Assembly (NCBI GenBank): GCA_963664825.1
Contig: OY761614.1
Location: forward strand, 3,040,001-3,104,000
DNA from: an uncultured Holophaga sp.
Lineage (GTDB): Bacteria > Acidobacteriota > Holophagae > Holophagales > Holophagaceae
Direction: 5' to 3'
Length of the DNA: 64,000 nucleotides
Shown piece by piece: positions 18,203 through 28,949 of the stretch (its first letter is position 1; every line of letters begins with the position of its first letter). The notes under the pieces were generated by a model. The model had not been told where the DNA came from, searched no databases, and worked only from the letters and a program-made list of their open reading frames with translations. The translations under genes and the position numbers were made by a program.

Positions 18203-20506
18203 CTAGAGCTTGAAGCGGGCGACGTTTTGCTGGAGCTTCTCGGCCAGACGGGCCAGCTCCTTGGAGGCGTTATTGGTGTCTCCGGCGCCGCGAGTCGTAT
18301 CCCGGGCCGCGGTATTGACCAGGGCCACGTTGCGAGCCACATCGTTCATGCCCTTGGAGGCTTCTCCGGCATTCTTCGCCACGTCTCCGGCCCCGGTGGC
18401 CAGCTGGTTGATGTTGCGCGAAATATCGGTCACCCCCTTCACGGCCTCCTGCACGTTGCGGGAGACTTCGTTGGTGCCTGCGGCGGCCTGCTGGACGTTG
18501 CGGGCCACCTCGGCGGCTCCCCGAGCGGCATAGCCGACATTCTTGGAGATCTCGTTGGTGGTGGCGGTCTGTTCCTCCACGGCCGCGGCGATGGTCCCGG
18601 AAATATTATTGATCTCGTTGATGATGGTCACGATCTCGTCGATGGCCTTCACGGCCTGCTGGGTGTTGCCCTGCATGCCTTCCACCTGGGCCCGGATTTC
18701 TTCGGTGGCGCTGGCGGTCTGTTTGGCCAGTTCCTTCACTTCGTTGGCCACCACCGCGAACCCCTTGCCGGCCTCCCCGGCGCTGGCGGCCTCGATGGTC
18801 GCGTTCAGGGCGAGCAGATTGGTTTGGGCCGCAATGCCCTTGATCATGTCGACCACCTTGCCGATCTCCTGGGCGCTCTTGCCCAGCATATTGACGGTCT
18901 GGGCGGTGTTTCCAGCGTTCATGGCGGCGCGGCTGGCCACCGTGGCGGCCTGGCCTGAATTCTTGGAGACCTCGTTGAGGCTCACGCTCATCTCCTCGAT
19001 GGCGGTGGCCACGGTGTTGACGGAGCTGGTCATCTGCTCGGTAGAGGCCGCGATGGTCTTCATGTTCGAAGACATCTGCTCCACCGCCGCGCCCACGGTG
19101 CGCAGGTTCGCCGTCACCTCTTCGGAGGCCGCCGCTACGGTGTTGGCGTTGGCGCTCATCTCCTCTACGCCTGCGGCCATGTTCTTCACATTGGCCGAGG
19201 CCTGTTCGGTTCCCGCAGCCGCCGTATTGGCCTGCTGGGTCATCTGCTCGGCGCTTCCGGCCATGGTTGCGGAGGTCGCCGTCAGTTCGTCGGCGGAACT
19301 GGCCAGCGTGTTGGACGCCCCGCTGATCTCGGTAAGCGTCTGGGCCAGTTTTGTCGCGCTGTTATTCACCGCGTTGCGCAGCACCTGGAGATCGCCTCGG
19401 TATTCGGTTGTGATCCGAGCCGTGAGATCCCCCTGCTCGATGGCCCCCATGATCCGCTGCACTTCATTGATGGGATTGATGACGCCATCCAGGGTGTCAT
19501 TCACGCCCTGCACGATGCGACGGAAATCTCCCTGATGCTGGGTGGCGTCGGCTCGGGTGGCGAGCTTGCCCTCGATGGCCGCCTTGCTCAGCATGGTCGC
19601 CTCGGACACCAGCGCGAGTAGATTGGTGCGGACCATCTTCAGGGCCGGCGCGATCTCGTCCTGGGCGTCGGCCGCCATCCATTCCCGGTTGAGGTCGCCC
19701 TTGGCGATCTCCTGGAGCCCGTTGACCATGTTCTGCAAAATATTCGTGAAGCCATCCATGGCCCCAGCCAGTTCGCCGATCTCGTCCTTGCGCTCCAGCT
19801 TCAGGCGAATACTGAGATGGCCCTTGGCCATCTCGTTCATCATGTCCACGCCCTGCTTCAGGGGTGTGGCGATGGACCGGGCGATGATGACCCCCAGGCC
19901 CGCGGCGAGGGCCGCAGCCACCAGCATCATGAGGTACATGGCGTTCTTGGATGCATGATAGTTGGCGGTGTTTTCGTCGGCGATTTTTTTCGCCAGTTTC
20001 GTCTTGGCTTCCTGCATTTCGTCGAAGATCTTGTTCTGCTCCTGCTGCAGCCTGTCCTGCTCCCCGTACATCAGGCCCTCGGCTTCGCCCTTCTTGCCGG
20101 TCCGCATTAAATCCAAGATCTTTTTGTTGATATCAATGATCCCAGCCTGAGTTTCCTTGTAGCGCCTCCAGAGGACCTTCCCTTCATCGGTCACGAGGGT
20201 TTTTTCGAAGGACTCCTCCGCCTTGGTCCTTTCGGCGATGCGATCGGTGATGCGCTTGTTGTAGGTCTCGAAATCCTTGCCTAGCAGGATGTCCCGCATA
20301 TTGGCCCGGATGCGCAAGGTGGCCGCGCTGATATCCACCCAGTCGCTGAGTGGGACCGCGCCCTTTTCGAAGAGCATGGTGTCGGCATCATCGGCCGCCT
20401 GCATCTTGGAGATGGCGAAGAATCCGACGATGACGGCCAGGGAGGCCGTGATCAGGAAGGATGCGATGAGTTTGGGACCCATCTTGATGTTGTCGAGGAA
20501 TTGCAT
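18203..20506 (-). CDS. Methyl-accepting chemotaxis protein (4HB sensor, HAMP domains, long signalling domain)
   Basis: Two TM helices; [34 protein letters not shown]. Confidence 0.95.
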   Translation of the reverse strand: MQFLDNIKMGPKLIASFLITASLAVIVGFFAISKMQAADDADTMLFEKGAVPLSDWVDISAATLRIRANMRDILLGKDFETYNKRITDRIAERTKAEESFEKTLVTDEGKVLWRRYKETQAGIIDINKKILDLMRTGKKGEAEGLMYGEQDRLQQEQNKIFDEMQEAKTKLAKKIADENTANYHASKNAMYLMMLVAAALAAGLGVIIARSIATPLKQGVDMMNEMAKGHLSIRLKLERKDEIGELAGAMDGFTNILQNMVNGLQEIAKGDLNREWMAADAQDEIAPALKMVRTNLLALVSEATMLSKAAIEGKLATRADATQHQGDFRRIVQGVNDTLDGVINPINEVQRIMGAIEQGDLTARITTEYRGDLQVLRNAVNNSATKLAQTLTEISGASNTLASSADELTATSATMAGSAEQMTQQANTAAAGTEQASANVKNMAAGVEEMSANANTVAAASEEVTANLRTVGAAVEQMSSNMKTIAASTEQMTSSVNTVATAIEEMSVSLNEVSKNSGQAATVASRAAMNAGNTAQTVNMLGKSAQEIGKVVDMIKGIAAQTNLLALNATIEAASAGEAGKGFAVVANEVKELAKQTASATEEIRAQVEGMQGNTQQAVKAIDEIVTIINEINNISGTIAAAVEEQTATTNEISKNVGYAARGAAEVARNVQQAAAGTNEVSRNVQEAVKGVTDISRNINQLATGAGDVAKNAGEASKGMNDVARNVALVNTAARDTTRGAGDTNNASKELARLAEKLQQNVARFKL

Positions 20507-20587
20507 GGGATGCTCCTGGTCTTGGGTTGTCGCGGATGGAGGAAGGCGTCTGGAGGAAAGGGAAGGGGCGCTCAGGGTTTTTGCGAC

Positions 20588-21037
20588 CTAGCCGCTGGAT
20601 AACAGTTCCTGGAGGTTCAGCAGCACCAGGAGGCCCGCATCGGTCTTGAGGACGCCGGAGAGGAAGTGCTCCTCGGCATCCGTGAGATTGGCCGGGGGCG
20701 CCTCGGCCAGGGCGGCTTCGGCCTCCACCACGTCCCCGATGGCGTCCACTAGCAGGCCCATGAGGTCCTGGGTGTGCCCGTTGGATTGGGCGGCGTTGGC
20801 GCCCTGTTTGAGGATCACGATGTGGCTGGAGTCCTTCACCGGCAGGGGCTCATGCCCCAACCGTACGGACAGGTCCAGGATGGTCACGATCTGGCCCCGG
20901 AGATTGATGAGGCCCCGGATATGGGCTTCGGCCCGGGGTACGGGTGTGATGGTGAAGACTCGGATGATCTCCCGGACCCCGAGGATATCGAGCCCGTAGA
21001 GGCGATCCCCCACGCGAAAGGTCGCGAATTGGCTCAT
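20588..21037 (-). CDS. cheW: CheW
   Basis: VREII...ITPVPRA...GLINLRGQIV, GLLVDAIGDV. Confidence 0.95.
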   Translation of the reverse strand: MSQFATFRVGDRLYGLDILGVREIIRVFTITPVPRAEAHIRGLINLRGQIVTILDLSVRLGHEPLPVKDSSHIVILKQGANAAQSNGHTQDLMGLLVDAIGDVVEAEAALAEAPPANLTDAEEHFLSGVLKTDAGLLVLLNLQELLSSG

Positions 21038-23751
21038 GCGGCATCTCCTCCCAGGAGGCCCGCCGCCTTCAGGAGACTGACGGGATCGATGAAGAGTGTC
21101 AGGTGCCCCTGCACTACGGCCGAACCCAAGAGGCCGGGCCCCTTGAAGGCCACGGCCTTCAGCTCCACTTCCACATCGAGGGCGTCCAGGATCTCCGAGA
21201 TGAGGATGCCCGCCGAAGGGCGTACCGTGGAGCTCTGACCGGGGATCTTGGGGATCACCAGGAAGAGTTCCTCCAGGTCATCTCGCAGGGGCCGCACTTC
21301 CATGTGCTGATCCAGGCGCACCAAGGGCAGCCCCTCGCCGCGGTATTCGATGTACTCCCGGTCTCCGATGAGTTCGATCTTGCTCTTCAGGATGCGCTCC
21401 AGGCGCAGGACATGATCCTGGGGCACGGTGAAACGCTCTCCGGTGGCGGCCTCGAACAGGATCACGGAGCGGCGTCTGGAAGCCTTGAGGGCGGCATTGA
21501 GTTTCTCCTCTTCGGCTCTGCGCAATTCCTCGGCCTGGAGATCGGTGAAATGGAGATTGGCCACGGTGGCAAGACCTCCTCCGTCCAGGATCATGATCAC
21601 CCGGCCATCACCCAGGATCGTGGCGCCGCTGAAGCACTTGGTGCCCTGGATGAAACCCGAGAGGGGTTTCACGACGATCTCCTCGATATCGAAGAGCTCG
21701 TCGACGATGACGCCATAGTGGTTCTTGCCCACCCGCAGCACGATGATGTTGTGATCGGTGCGCCAATCGGTACGGCGATCCTCGCTCCTGCCCGAGACTT
21801 CTTGCAGGGCCTTGTCCTCTTCCGTGCGGCGATCGGCCAGGGACTGTCGACGATCCGGGACCGCCAGGCCCGTCTCGGGATCATGGAAGATGCGCTGGAT
21901 CTCCAGCACATCGGCCAGGCGCACCAGGGGCAGGAGCTTGTCGCGCAGGCGTAGCACAAGGGCGCCCTGCACATGCTCGATGCGCTGAGCGACCTCGGAG
22001 GCCTTCACCCACACGAATTCGACGACATTCACCTGGGGGATGGCGAAGCGATGATCGGCGACCCCCACGATCATGGAGGGGATGATCGCCAGGGTGAGCG
22101 GCAGGCGCAGGCGCACGGTGGTGCCCATGCCCACCTCGGTCTCCATCTCCACATGGCCGCCCAGCTTTTCCACATTGGTGCGCACCACGTCCATGCCCAC
22201 GCCCCGGCCCGAGATTTCGGAGACCTGTTCGGCCATGGAGAAGCCGGGGGCAAAGACCAGATGGATGATCTCCCGGTCGGTCATCTCCGCGGCCTGGGCC
22301 TTGGTGACGAGCCCCTTGGCGAGGGCCTTGGCCAAGACCTTCTTGGCATCGATGCCCCGGCCATCGTCGTGGATGGCGATATTGATTTGGCCCCCTTCGT
22401 GGAAGGCATGGAGGTGGATGGTCCCTGTGGGATTCTTCCGGGCCTTTTTGCGCTCGGCGGGACTCTCGATGGCGTGATCGGCGCAGTTGCGGATGATGTG
22501 GGTGAGGGGGTCCACCAGCATTTCCACGATGGACTTGTCCAGTTCGACCTCGGCGCCCTCGATCTTGACTTCGATCTGCTTGTCGAGCTGGCGGCTCATA
22601 TCCCGGATGATGCGGGGGAAGCGGCTGAAGACCGTCCCGATGGGCTGCATGCGGGTCTGCATGATCCCCTCCTGCATCTCCGTCGTGACCTGGTTGACGT
22701 TTTGCAGGATGGCTCCCAGGCCCGGAATTTCGTGCCGATAGTCCGTGACGGCCCGCACCAGCTGGTTGCGTCCGAGGACAAGTTCCCCGGCGAGGTTCAT
22801 GAGGTTGGTGAGCAAGTCCACCCGCACGCGAAGGGTCTCGTTGCCGCCCTCTTTGGCCTTGTCCCGAGGGGCTTTGTCATCGATCAGGACCCCGGCTTCG
22901 ACTTCGGTTTCGGGGGGCAGGATCTCGGGCACTTCGGGGATCAGGAGGGTTTCGGCTTTGGCTTTGGCCTTGGCCTTGGCCTTGACTTCCTCTCGCAGGG
23001 CCTCCAGTTCCAGCACCTTGATTTGTGTTTCGGGCAGCTTGAGTCCCAGGGCCGCAAGGTCTGGTTCCAGCACGGTGGCGAAGAGCAGCGTCACGGGCAG
23101 GTCCTGTTCCAGGCAGTGTTCCAGATCGGCGATGGCCTCGATATCGATGAAGGCATCCAGGCAGGTGCCCACGGAGAGGGCGTTATTGAGGAAGGCCAGG
23201 GGGGTGAGCCCCTTGTCCTTGATATCGCGATGGAGGAAGGCGATGGCCCGGAAGATATTCATGCCTCGGCGCAGGGCCGAACGCACGCTCTCGGCATCGA
23301 GATCGAAGTCCCGCTGGGTGCCCTTCTCCCGGCCCTTCACCCTTTCGCCGAGGACCAGTCCCTGACCGCTCAGGATGGCTTCCAGGGAGGCCAGTTCCTG
23401 GGCGAAGGGCACGCTATCGCTGGCTTCGATATCGTCGAGCATGGCCTTGAGGCAATCCAGGCTGGCAAAGACCACATCCATGAGTTCAGCTGAGACCTGG
23501 AGTTTGCCGTCCCTCACCTGCATGAGCACGCCTTCCATGGCGTGGCTCAGCTTCTTGAGGGCCTCAAAGGCGAAGAAACCGGCGCCCCCCTTGATGGAAT
23601 GGATGGCACGGAAGACCCGGTTGATGACTTCGGCGCTGACCTTCGCCCCCTCTTGTTCCATGAGGAGCAGGTCGGGTTCGATGGTCGCCAGATGTTCGCG
23701 GCTTTCGGCCACGAAATCCGAGATGATGCTTTCGTCGGCGAAGCTACTCAT
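21034..23751 (-). CDS. cheA: CheA histidine kinase with two CheW-like domains
   Basis: HPt FRAIHSIKG, DPLTHIIRN, SGRGVGMDVV, LPLTLAII. Confidence 0.95.
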   Translation of the reverse strand: MSSFADESIISDFVAESREHLATIEPDLLLMEQEGAKVSAEVINRVFRAIHSIKGGAGFFAFEALKKLSHAMEGVLMQVRDGKLQVSAELMDVVFASLDCLKAMLDDIEASDSVPFAQELASLEAILSGQGLVLGERVKGREKGTQRDFDLDAESVRSALRRGMNIFRAIAFLHRDIKDKGLTPLAFLNNALSVGTCLDAFIDIEAIADLEHCLEQDLPVTLLFATVLEPDLAALGLKLPETQIKVLELEALREEVKAKAKAKAKAETLLIPEVPEILPPETEVEAGVLIDDKAPRDKAKEGGNETLRVRVDLLTNLMNLAGELVLGRNQLVRAVTDYRHEIPGLGAILQNVNQVTTEMQEGIMQTRMQPIGTVFSRFPRIIRDMSRQLDKQIEVKIEGAEVELDKSIVEMLVDPLTHIIRNCADHAIESPAERKKARKNPTGTIHLHAFHEGGQINIAIHDDGRGIDAKKVLAKALAKGLVTKAQAAEMTDREIIHLVFAPGFSMAEQVSEISGRGVGMDVVRTNVEKLGGHVEMETEVGMGTTVRLRLPLTLAIIPSMIVGVADHRFAIPQVNVVEFVWVKASEVAQRIEHVQGALVLRLRDKLLPLVRLADVLEIQRIFHDPETGLAVPDRRQSLADRRTEEDKALQEVSGRSEDRRTDWRTDHNIIVLRVGKNHYGVIVDELFDIEEIVVKPLSGFIQGTKCFSGATILGDGRVIMILDGGGLATVANLHFTDLQAEELRRAEEEKLNAALKASRRRSVILFEAATGERFTVPQDHVLRLERILKSKIELIGDREYIEYRGEGLPLVRLDQHMEVRPLRDDLEELFLVIPKIPGQSSTVRPSAGILISEILDALDVEVELKAVAFKGPGLLGSAVVQGHLTLFIDPVSLLKAAGLLGGDAA

Positions 23752-24076
23752 GGGTGGCCTCCACGACGGGGAAGAACTTCGTCAGGTTGAAGAGTTTGAA
23801 GACCCGCATCAGATCGGCATTGGTCCCCTCGATGGAAAATGCGAGTTCCTTCTTCTGACAGCTCTTGAAGAGCCCCAACACCAGCGTGATGCCCAGGGAA
23901 TCGATCTGCTTGGAAGAGGATAGATCCAACACCACCGCCTCTTTGGCGGCATCCATGGCCTTGAGCATGGCGCTGCGCAGGAGCTCGACGGTGCTGGCCA
24001 CCAGATCCCCATTGGGATTGAGGCGCACCGTTCCATCGGTCTTCTGGGTCTTCATGGGGGATTTCCCTGCGGCCAT
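23744..24076 (-). CDS. STAS-domain anti-sigma factor antagonist
   Basis: VVLDLS...IDSLGI (conserved phospho-Ser), RVFKLFNL. Confidence 0.88.
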   Translation of the reverse strand: MAAGKSPMKTQKTDGTVRLNPNGDLVASTVELLRSAMLKAMDAAKEAVVLDLSSSKQIDSLGITLVLGLFKSCQKKELAFSIEGTNADLMRVFKLFNLTKFFPVVEATHE

Positions 24077-24077
24077 G

Positions 24078-27000
24078 TCATGCCTCCCAGCTAAAGGTGA
24101 TGCTCAGTTCGCCGCCCACCATCGCCACCCTGCTGGCGCAGCTGCGGAGATAGGGAATGCCCCGTCCTCGTTCGGAGAGAGGGTCCGTGGGGGATTGCAG
24201 GGCCTGGAGATCGAAGCCCAGGCCCTCGTCCACCACCCGGAGGGTGAAGGTGGGAGGGGATTCCTCCCACCGGGCGCAGAGATCGATCCGACCGTCGGCT
24301 CGCCACTCATTGCCATGGATCATGGCGTTGGTGAGGGCCTCCCTGGCCGCGGTGAGGATATCGAAGGTGCGGGAATGGGTGAGGGGAATGGATCGGGGGG
24401 CCTTGGCCAGGTAGGTCCTCAACTGGAGGATCGTCTCGTCGATGGCCGCGGCATCGGAGGGGAAGCGCATCCTCAGGCCCTCGGCCTCCAGGGGGGGCTG
24501 TTCAAACCCAACGGCCAGCAGATCATCCTGCAATCCCTGATCGGCAAGGGTCTGGGCGCTCCCGGCCAAGATGGAGACGGCCTCCTGGATGGGCACCTCG
24601 TGTAGCTCGCACCAGAGGTCCAGGGCGATATCGTCCATGAGTTCGCCGTCCCGGCTGCAGATATCGAAGAAACCGTCGCTGGCGAAGAGCACCCGTTCCC
24701 CCGCTTCGAGCATCAGCACCTTCTCATCGACCATCGGTTCGTCGAAGACACCCAGGGGCGTTCCGTTGATGGCGATGCGCAGGCGCCGGTTGGGGCCGCC
24801 GCAGAGGCCGTGGGGTAGGCCCGCATTCAGCACATGCAATCGGCCGCTGAGGGGTGACCAGTGGCCCAGCAGGACGCAGACCGGCACTTCCGAGAAGGGG
24901 CCCTCCTGGATGCCGTGATTTAGGCGCAGGGCCAGGGTGGAGATGTTCGTGTTCTGGGGCACCAGACTCGAGAGGAGGCCGAGGAGGGCCGCCACGGCGT
25001 AGGAGCTGATCACGGAATGGCCCGCCACGTCCGCCAGGATGAAGAGGATGGACCCATCGGGCTGCTTGAAACAACGAAACACATCGCCCCCGGCGTCCGT
25101 GAGGGACTGGTGCACCAGGTAGAGCGGGAGGTCCTTTTCGGGCACCGCGACCAGCGCCTGCTGGGCCATGCGGACGGCCTGGGCCGTTTCCGCGGAACGC
25201 TGCCGGACATTCACCCCCGAGATCATCCGTTCCACGCAGGAAATGAGCGCGGTGGAATCGAAGGGCTTGCTCAGGAATTCGCTCACCTGGAGATGCAGGG
25301 CCGACTTCATGGCCTCCATGTCCTCGGAAGATGAAAGCAGCGCCACCGGGATATCCGGATCGATCTCGCGGATGCGCTCCACGAGATGGATGCCATCCAT
25401 GCGCGGCATGACGATATCCGAGAGCACCATGGCGAAGGAGGCCGCTCCCTCCTCGGTGTAGATCTCCCAGGCCTCCTGGCCATCCCGGGCCTCCCTCACC
25501 CGGTACCCGGCCTTCACCAGCCAGGTGCGCAGGAGACTGAGGGTCACAGGGCTATCTTCGGCCAGCAGGATTTCTCCGGTGCGGGCCCGCTCCGGGGTGG
25601 GCGCGGCGCTGACCTCCACGCGAGCGGCGCATTTGCGCGCGTCCAGCACCCTGCGCAGGGCGTGTCCCAGATCGCGGATGGAGACGGGCTTGGTGAGCAC
25701 TTCGTCGAAGGGCGTCTCGAAACTGGGCTTCACGAGATTGCCCGAAGCCAGGATGACCGCGATATTCGGACGCAGTTTCCGGACCCGTCGGGCGAAGTCC
25801 TCCGCCGAAATGGCCCCCTTGGAATACTCCAACAGCACCACGTCGAAGATGGCGGGGTGTTCCTTGAAGGCGTCCAGGGCCGCATAGAGGTCGGATTTGG
25901 CGGTGACATGGTAGCCCAGGTGTTGGAGCGACTCCTTGGTGAGGGCCACCCGCACTTCCTCCATATCCACCACGAGGAGATGTTCGGTACCGCGTAATGC
26001 CTCCTGGGGAGTCTCATCCAACGTGGAAATTACGATGGTGGCCGAGGGGAGATGCACCTCCACGAGGGTGCCCCTGCCGGGTTCGGAGCTGATGGAGATG
26101 GTCCCGCCATGCTGGGTGACCACGCCATGGACGATGGAAAGCCCCAGGCCCGTGCCTCCCCCGGAACCCTTGGTGGTGTAGAAGGGTTCGAAGACATGCT
26201 TGAGGGTCTCTGCATCCATTCCGTACCCGCTATCGCGCACCGTGAGCCGGGCGGCCTTGGCTCCGGCGAGCATGGAACCGGGCTCGATATCGCCTTCCGT
26301 CAGCTCCAGTTCCAGCCACCCTTTGCCATCCAGGGCCTGAAGGGCGTTCACGGCCAGGTTCATCACCACCTGGTGGATCTGGGCGGGATCCCCAAGGGTC
26401 CACACCGAGGGGCTCACGTCGCTGCGGATCTGCACATCCTTGGAGACCGTCGATTTGAGCAGATGGACGCATTCCCGGACCACGGCGCTCAGATCGAAGG
26501 GGATGCGCCGCTCCTCGGTGGGGCGGCTGAAGGTGAGGATCCGCCGGTTCAGGTCCTTGGCCCGGTTGGCGGCCTGCATGATGACCTTGAGCTTGGAGCG
26601 GGCGGGGCTGTCCTCGGGGAGTTGCCATTCCATGAGTTCGGCCGAACTCATGATGGCGGTCAGGACATTATTGAAATCGTGGGCGACGCCGCTGGCCAGG
26701 GCTCCCAGGGCCTCCATCTTTTCCACCTGCCGGAGGTGCCGTTCCATCTCCAGTTCGGCGGTGATCTCCCGGAACACGCAGGTGATGAAGGCGTCGTGCC
26801 CTTCCGGGTGCAGCATGGAGACCGTGCCCGACAGGGTGCACAGGGCGCCGTCCACCCGCTGGACTCGCAGTTTCCCCTGCCAGGGCCGCCCCTCCATCAG
26901 GGCCTTCAGGATGGTTCTCACCAGGGCATGGCGCCCCTCTCGAGGCAGCAGGCCCAGGACTCTGCGACCCGTCCAGGCGGCGGTCTCGAATCCGGTGATG

Positions 27001-28643
27001 GCCGCAATGGCCTGGTTCACGTAGATCGTCCGCCCATGGAGATCGGCGATGAGCATCAATTCCACCGCGTGGTCCACCGCGGCGGCTAGGCGCGCCTGGG
27101 ATTCCTGGAGGGCCCGGTGGGCGGTGATGTCCTCCTTCACCCCCAGGAAATGGGTGATCCGGCCTTCGCTGAGGATGGGGGAGATGGTGACACTCTCCCA
27201 GTAGGCCTCCCCGCTCTTCTTCCGGTTGCAGAATTGACCCTTCCAGGTCTGGCCGCTTTGAATCGTCCGCCAGAGCTCGGCATAGACTTCCGGCCCCTGC
27301 AGGCCGGACTTGAGAATGCGGGGGGTGTTCCCCCGGGCTTCCTCCGGGGTATAGCCCGTGAGGGTGGAGAATTTGGGATTCACGTATTCGATGACCCCGG
27401 CATCATCGGTGATGACGATGGAGGCCGGGCTCTGCTCCATGGCCGCCAGCATCAGGGCCGTCTGGGCTTCCTGTTTCTTGAGCTCCGAGATATCGAGAAA
27501 GATCACGGAGAAGAGGCCCTTCCGGGGGCACTGGGCGAGGAGGCTGAAATGCTTGTCGAGTTCGCTGGAGTACTGATCGAATCGCTGGGACTCGCCCGTG
27601 AGGGCCACGCGCCCGTAGGCCTCGATCCAGTGAGCCTCGATGGCCGGGATGGCCTGCCGCACCGTGCGTCCGACGACTTCGGCGCTCTTTAGCCCCGTGG
27701 CGCGCTCCCAGGCTGGATTCACCTCCAGGAAGCGGTAGTCCACGGGCCTGCCCGCCTCGTCACAGATGATTTCATGCAGGGCGTAGCCCTCGCTCATTTC
27801 TTCGAAGAGGCGTCGGTAGCGGTTCTCGGTCTCCTGCAAACGGCCCTCGGTCTGGCGGTGTTCGCTGAGGTCCTGCACCAGCACGATGAGCTGGTCCACC
27901 TGGCCATCGGGCCGAAAGATCGGACTGATATCGATCATGGCCGGGAGGATCCGTCCATCCGGACGACAGAAGCAGGTCTCCTGGGGTTCGGAAACCCATT
28001 CATGGCCCAGGTGGCCGTGCCCCAAGAGGGCCAGATCGACCAGGTTCTGATCCGGGACGAAATCGCCCCAGGTCATCTTCAGGAAAGCCTCCTGGGGGAG
28101 ACCCGCCAGGAGGCAGAGGGCCTCGTTGACGGCTAGTATCTGGCCCTCCCTTCCCAAGATGCCCATTCCCACCAGCGACATCCGGAAGATGTGGCGCCAC
28201 CAGCGCTCGCTCTTCTGGATGACCTGTTGGGCCTGTCGAAGGACCCGGAGATCCCGGGCGGCGAGGGCCCCGTAAACGGTGCTGCCCTGCCGGAAGGTGT
28301 GCCCGCTCAAGCCCAGCAGAAGAACCTCGCCCTGTCGGTTCTGGCCTTCCACTTCCCGGGACCAGGACCCTGAGGTTTCCCGGAATCGTTCCAGGATCTC
28401 TCCCGCCGGGAGGAGTCCCTCCAGGCTGCGTCCGGCCAGTTCTGCGGGATCGCCGAACCCGAAGAGGCGGGCATAGGCGGGATTGCAGTGGATATGCCGT
28501 CCCTCCCGGAGCACGGCGACGGCTTCGGGAAGATGCTCGACCATGGCCTCGAAAAAACCCTGGCCCCGAGTCTTCTCGGCGCCGGGGGAAGACTCGGCCT
28601 CGGGTCGCTCCGGGAGTGGTGTTTTCGGGAACGGGTTGGCCAT
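24078..28643 (-). CDS. Multi-PAS hybrid histidine kinase fused to REC-REC-SpoIIE(PP2C)-RsbW-like ATPase
   Basis: Several PAS domains; GVAHDFNN; FYTTK.GGGTGLGL; two REC domains; GGD/ADVAGH/SDG/DD PP2C motifs; EALTNAMIHGN/DEGLGF/GRGI; start uncertain (28643 or 28712). Confidence 0.9.
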   Translation of the reverse strand: MANPFPKTPLPERPEAESSPGAEKTRGQGFFEAMVEHLPEAVAVLREGRHIHCNPAYARLFGFGDPAELAGRSLEGLLPAGEILERFRETSGSWSREVEGQNRQGEVLLLGLSGHTFRQGSTVYGALAARDLRVLRQAQQVIQKSERWWRHIFRMSLVGMGILGREGQILAVNEALCLLAGLPQEAFLKMTWGDFVPDQNLVDLALLGHGHLGHEWVSEPQETCFCRPDGRILPAMIDISPIFRPDGQVDQLIVLVQDLSEHRQTEGRLQETENRYRRLFEEMSEGYALHEIICDEAGRPVDYRFLEVNPAWERATGLKSAEVVGRTVRQAIPAIEAHWIEAYGRVALTGESQRFDQYSSELDKHFSLLAQCPRKGLFSVIFLDISELKKQEAQTALMLAAMEQSPASIVITDDAGVIEYVNPKFSTLTGYTPEEARGNTPRILKSGLQGPEVYAELWRTIQSGQTWKGQFCNRKKSGEAYWESVTISPILSEGRITHFLGVKEDITAHRALQESQARLAAAVDHAVELMLIADLHGRTIYVNQAIAAITGFETAAWTGRRVLGLLPREGRHALVRTILKALMEGRPWQGKLRVQRVDGALCTLSGTVSMLHPEGHDAFITCVFREITAELEMERHLRQVEKMEALGALASGVAHDFNNVLTAIMSSAELMEWQLPEDSPARSKLKVIMQAANRAKDLNRRILTFSRPTEERRIPFDLSAVVRECVHLLKSTVSKDVQIRSDVSPSVWTLGDPAQIHQVVMNLAVNALQALDGKGWLELELTEGDIEPGSMLAGAKAARLTVRDSGYGMDAETLKHVFEPFYTTKGSGGGTGLGLSIVHGVVTQHGGTISISSEPGRGTLVEVHLPSATIVISTLDETPQEALRGTEHLLVVDMEEVRVALTKESLQHLGYHVTAKSDLYAALDAFKEHPAIFDVVLLEYSKGAISAEDFARRVRKLRPNIAVILASGNLVKPSFETPFDEVLTKPVSIRDLGHALRRVLDARKCAARVEVSAAPTPERARTGEILLAEDSPVTLSLLRTWLVKAGYRVREARDGQEAWEIYTEEGAASFAMVLSDIVMPRMDGIHLVERIREIDPDIPVALLSSSEDMEAMKSALHLQVSEFLSKPFDSTALISCVERMISGVNVRQRSAETAQAVRMAQQALVAVPEKDLPLYLVHQSLTDAGGDVFRCFKQPDGSILFILADVAGHSVISSYAVAALLGLLSSLVPQNTNISTLALRLNHGIQEGPFSEVPVCVLLGHWSPLSGRLHVLNAGLPHGLCGGPNRRLRIAINGTPLGVFDEPMVDEKVLMLEAGERVLFASDGFFDICSRDGELMDDIALDLWCELHEVPIQEAVSILAGSAQTLADQGLQDDLLAVGFEQPPLEAEGLRMRFPSDAAAIDETILQLRTYLAKAPRSIPLTHSRTFDILTAAREALTNAMIHGNEWRADGRIDLCARWEESPPTFTLRVVDEGLGFDLQALQSPTDPLSERGRGIPYLRSCASRVAMVGGELSITFSWEA

Positions 28644-28949
28644 GGCGCTCAGAGCCTCGGAGGGTCGCCCTGTCGGCAATGGCGGGGAAACCCTGGAAAA
28701 AAGAAGGCGCAATCAATTGGGTCCGCCCGAACCCGATTGATTGCGCCTTCGACTTGCAGACCTAGAGACTGCCCATCAAGGCGTTCCGCTCCCAAAAAAA
28801 AGCGGAACTTATACGAGGTAATTCTCGACAGAGGAGGTCCGAAACTTGAATTTTGTCCTCCAAGATGGATTCACGCGAGTTGGGCAAGGGAGGGGATACC
28901 CTGGAGGGCGTCGGCCGAGAGGCTGAGGTCTGGTTCAGAAAGGATCGCC

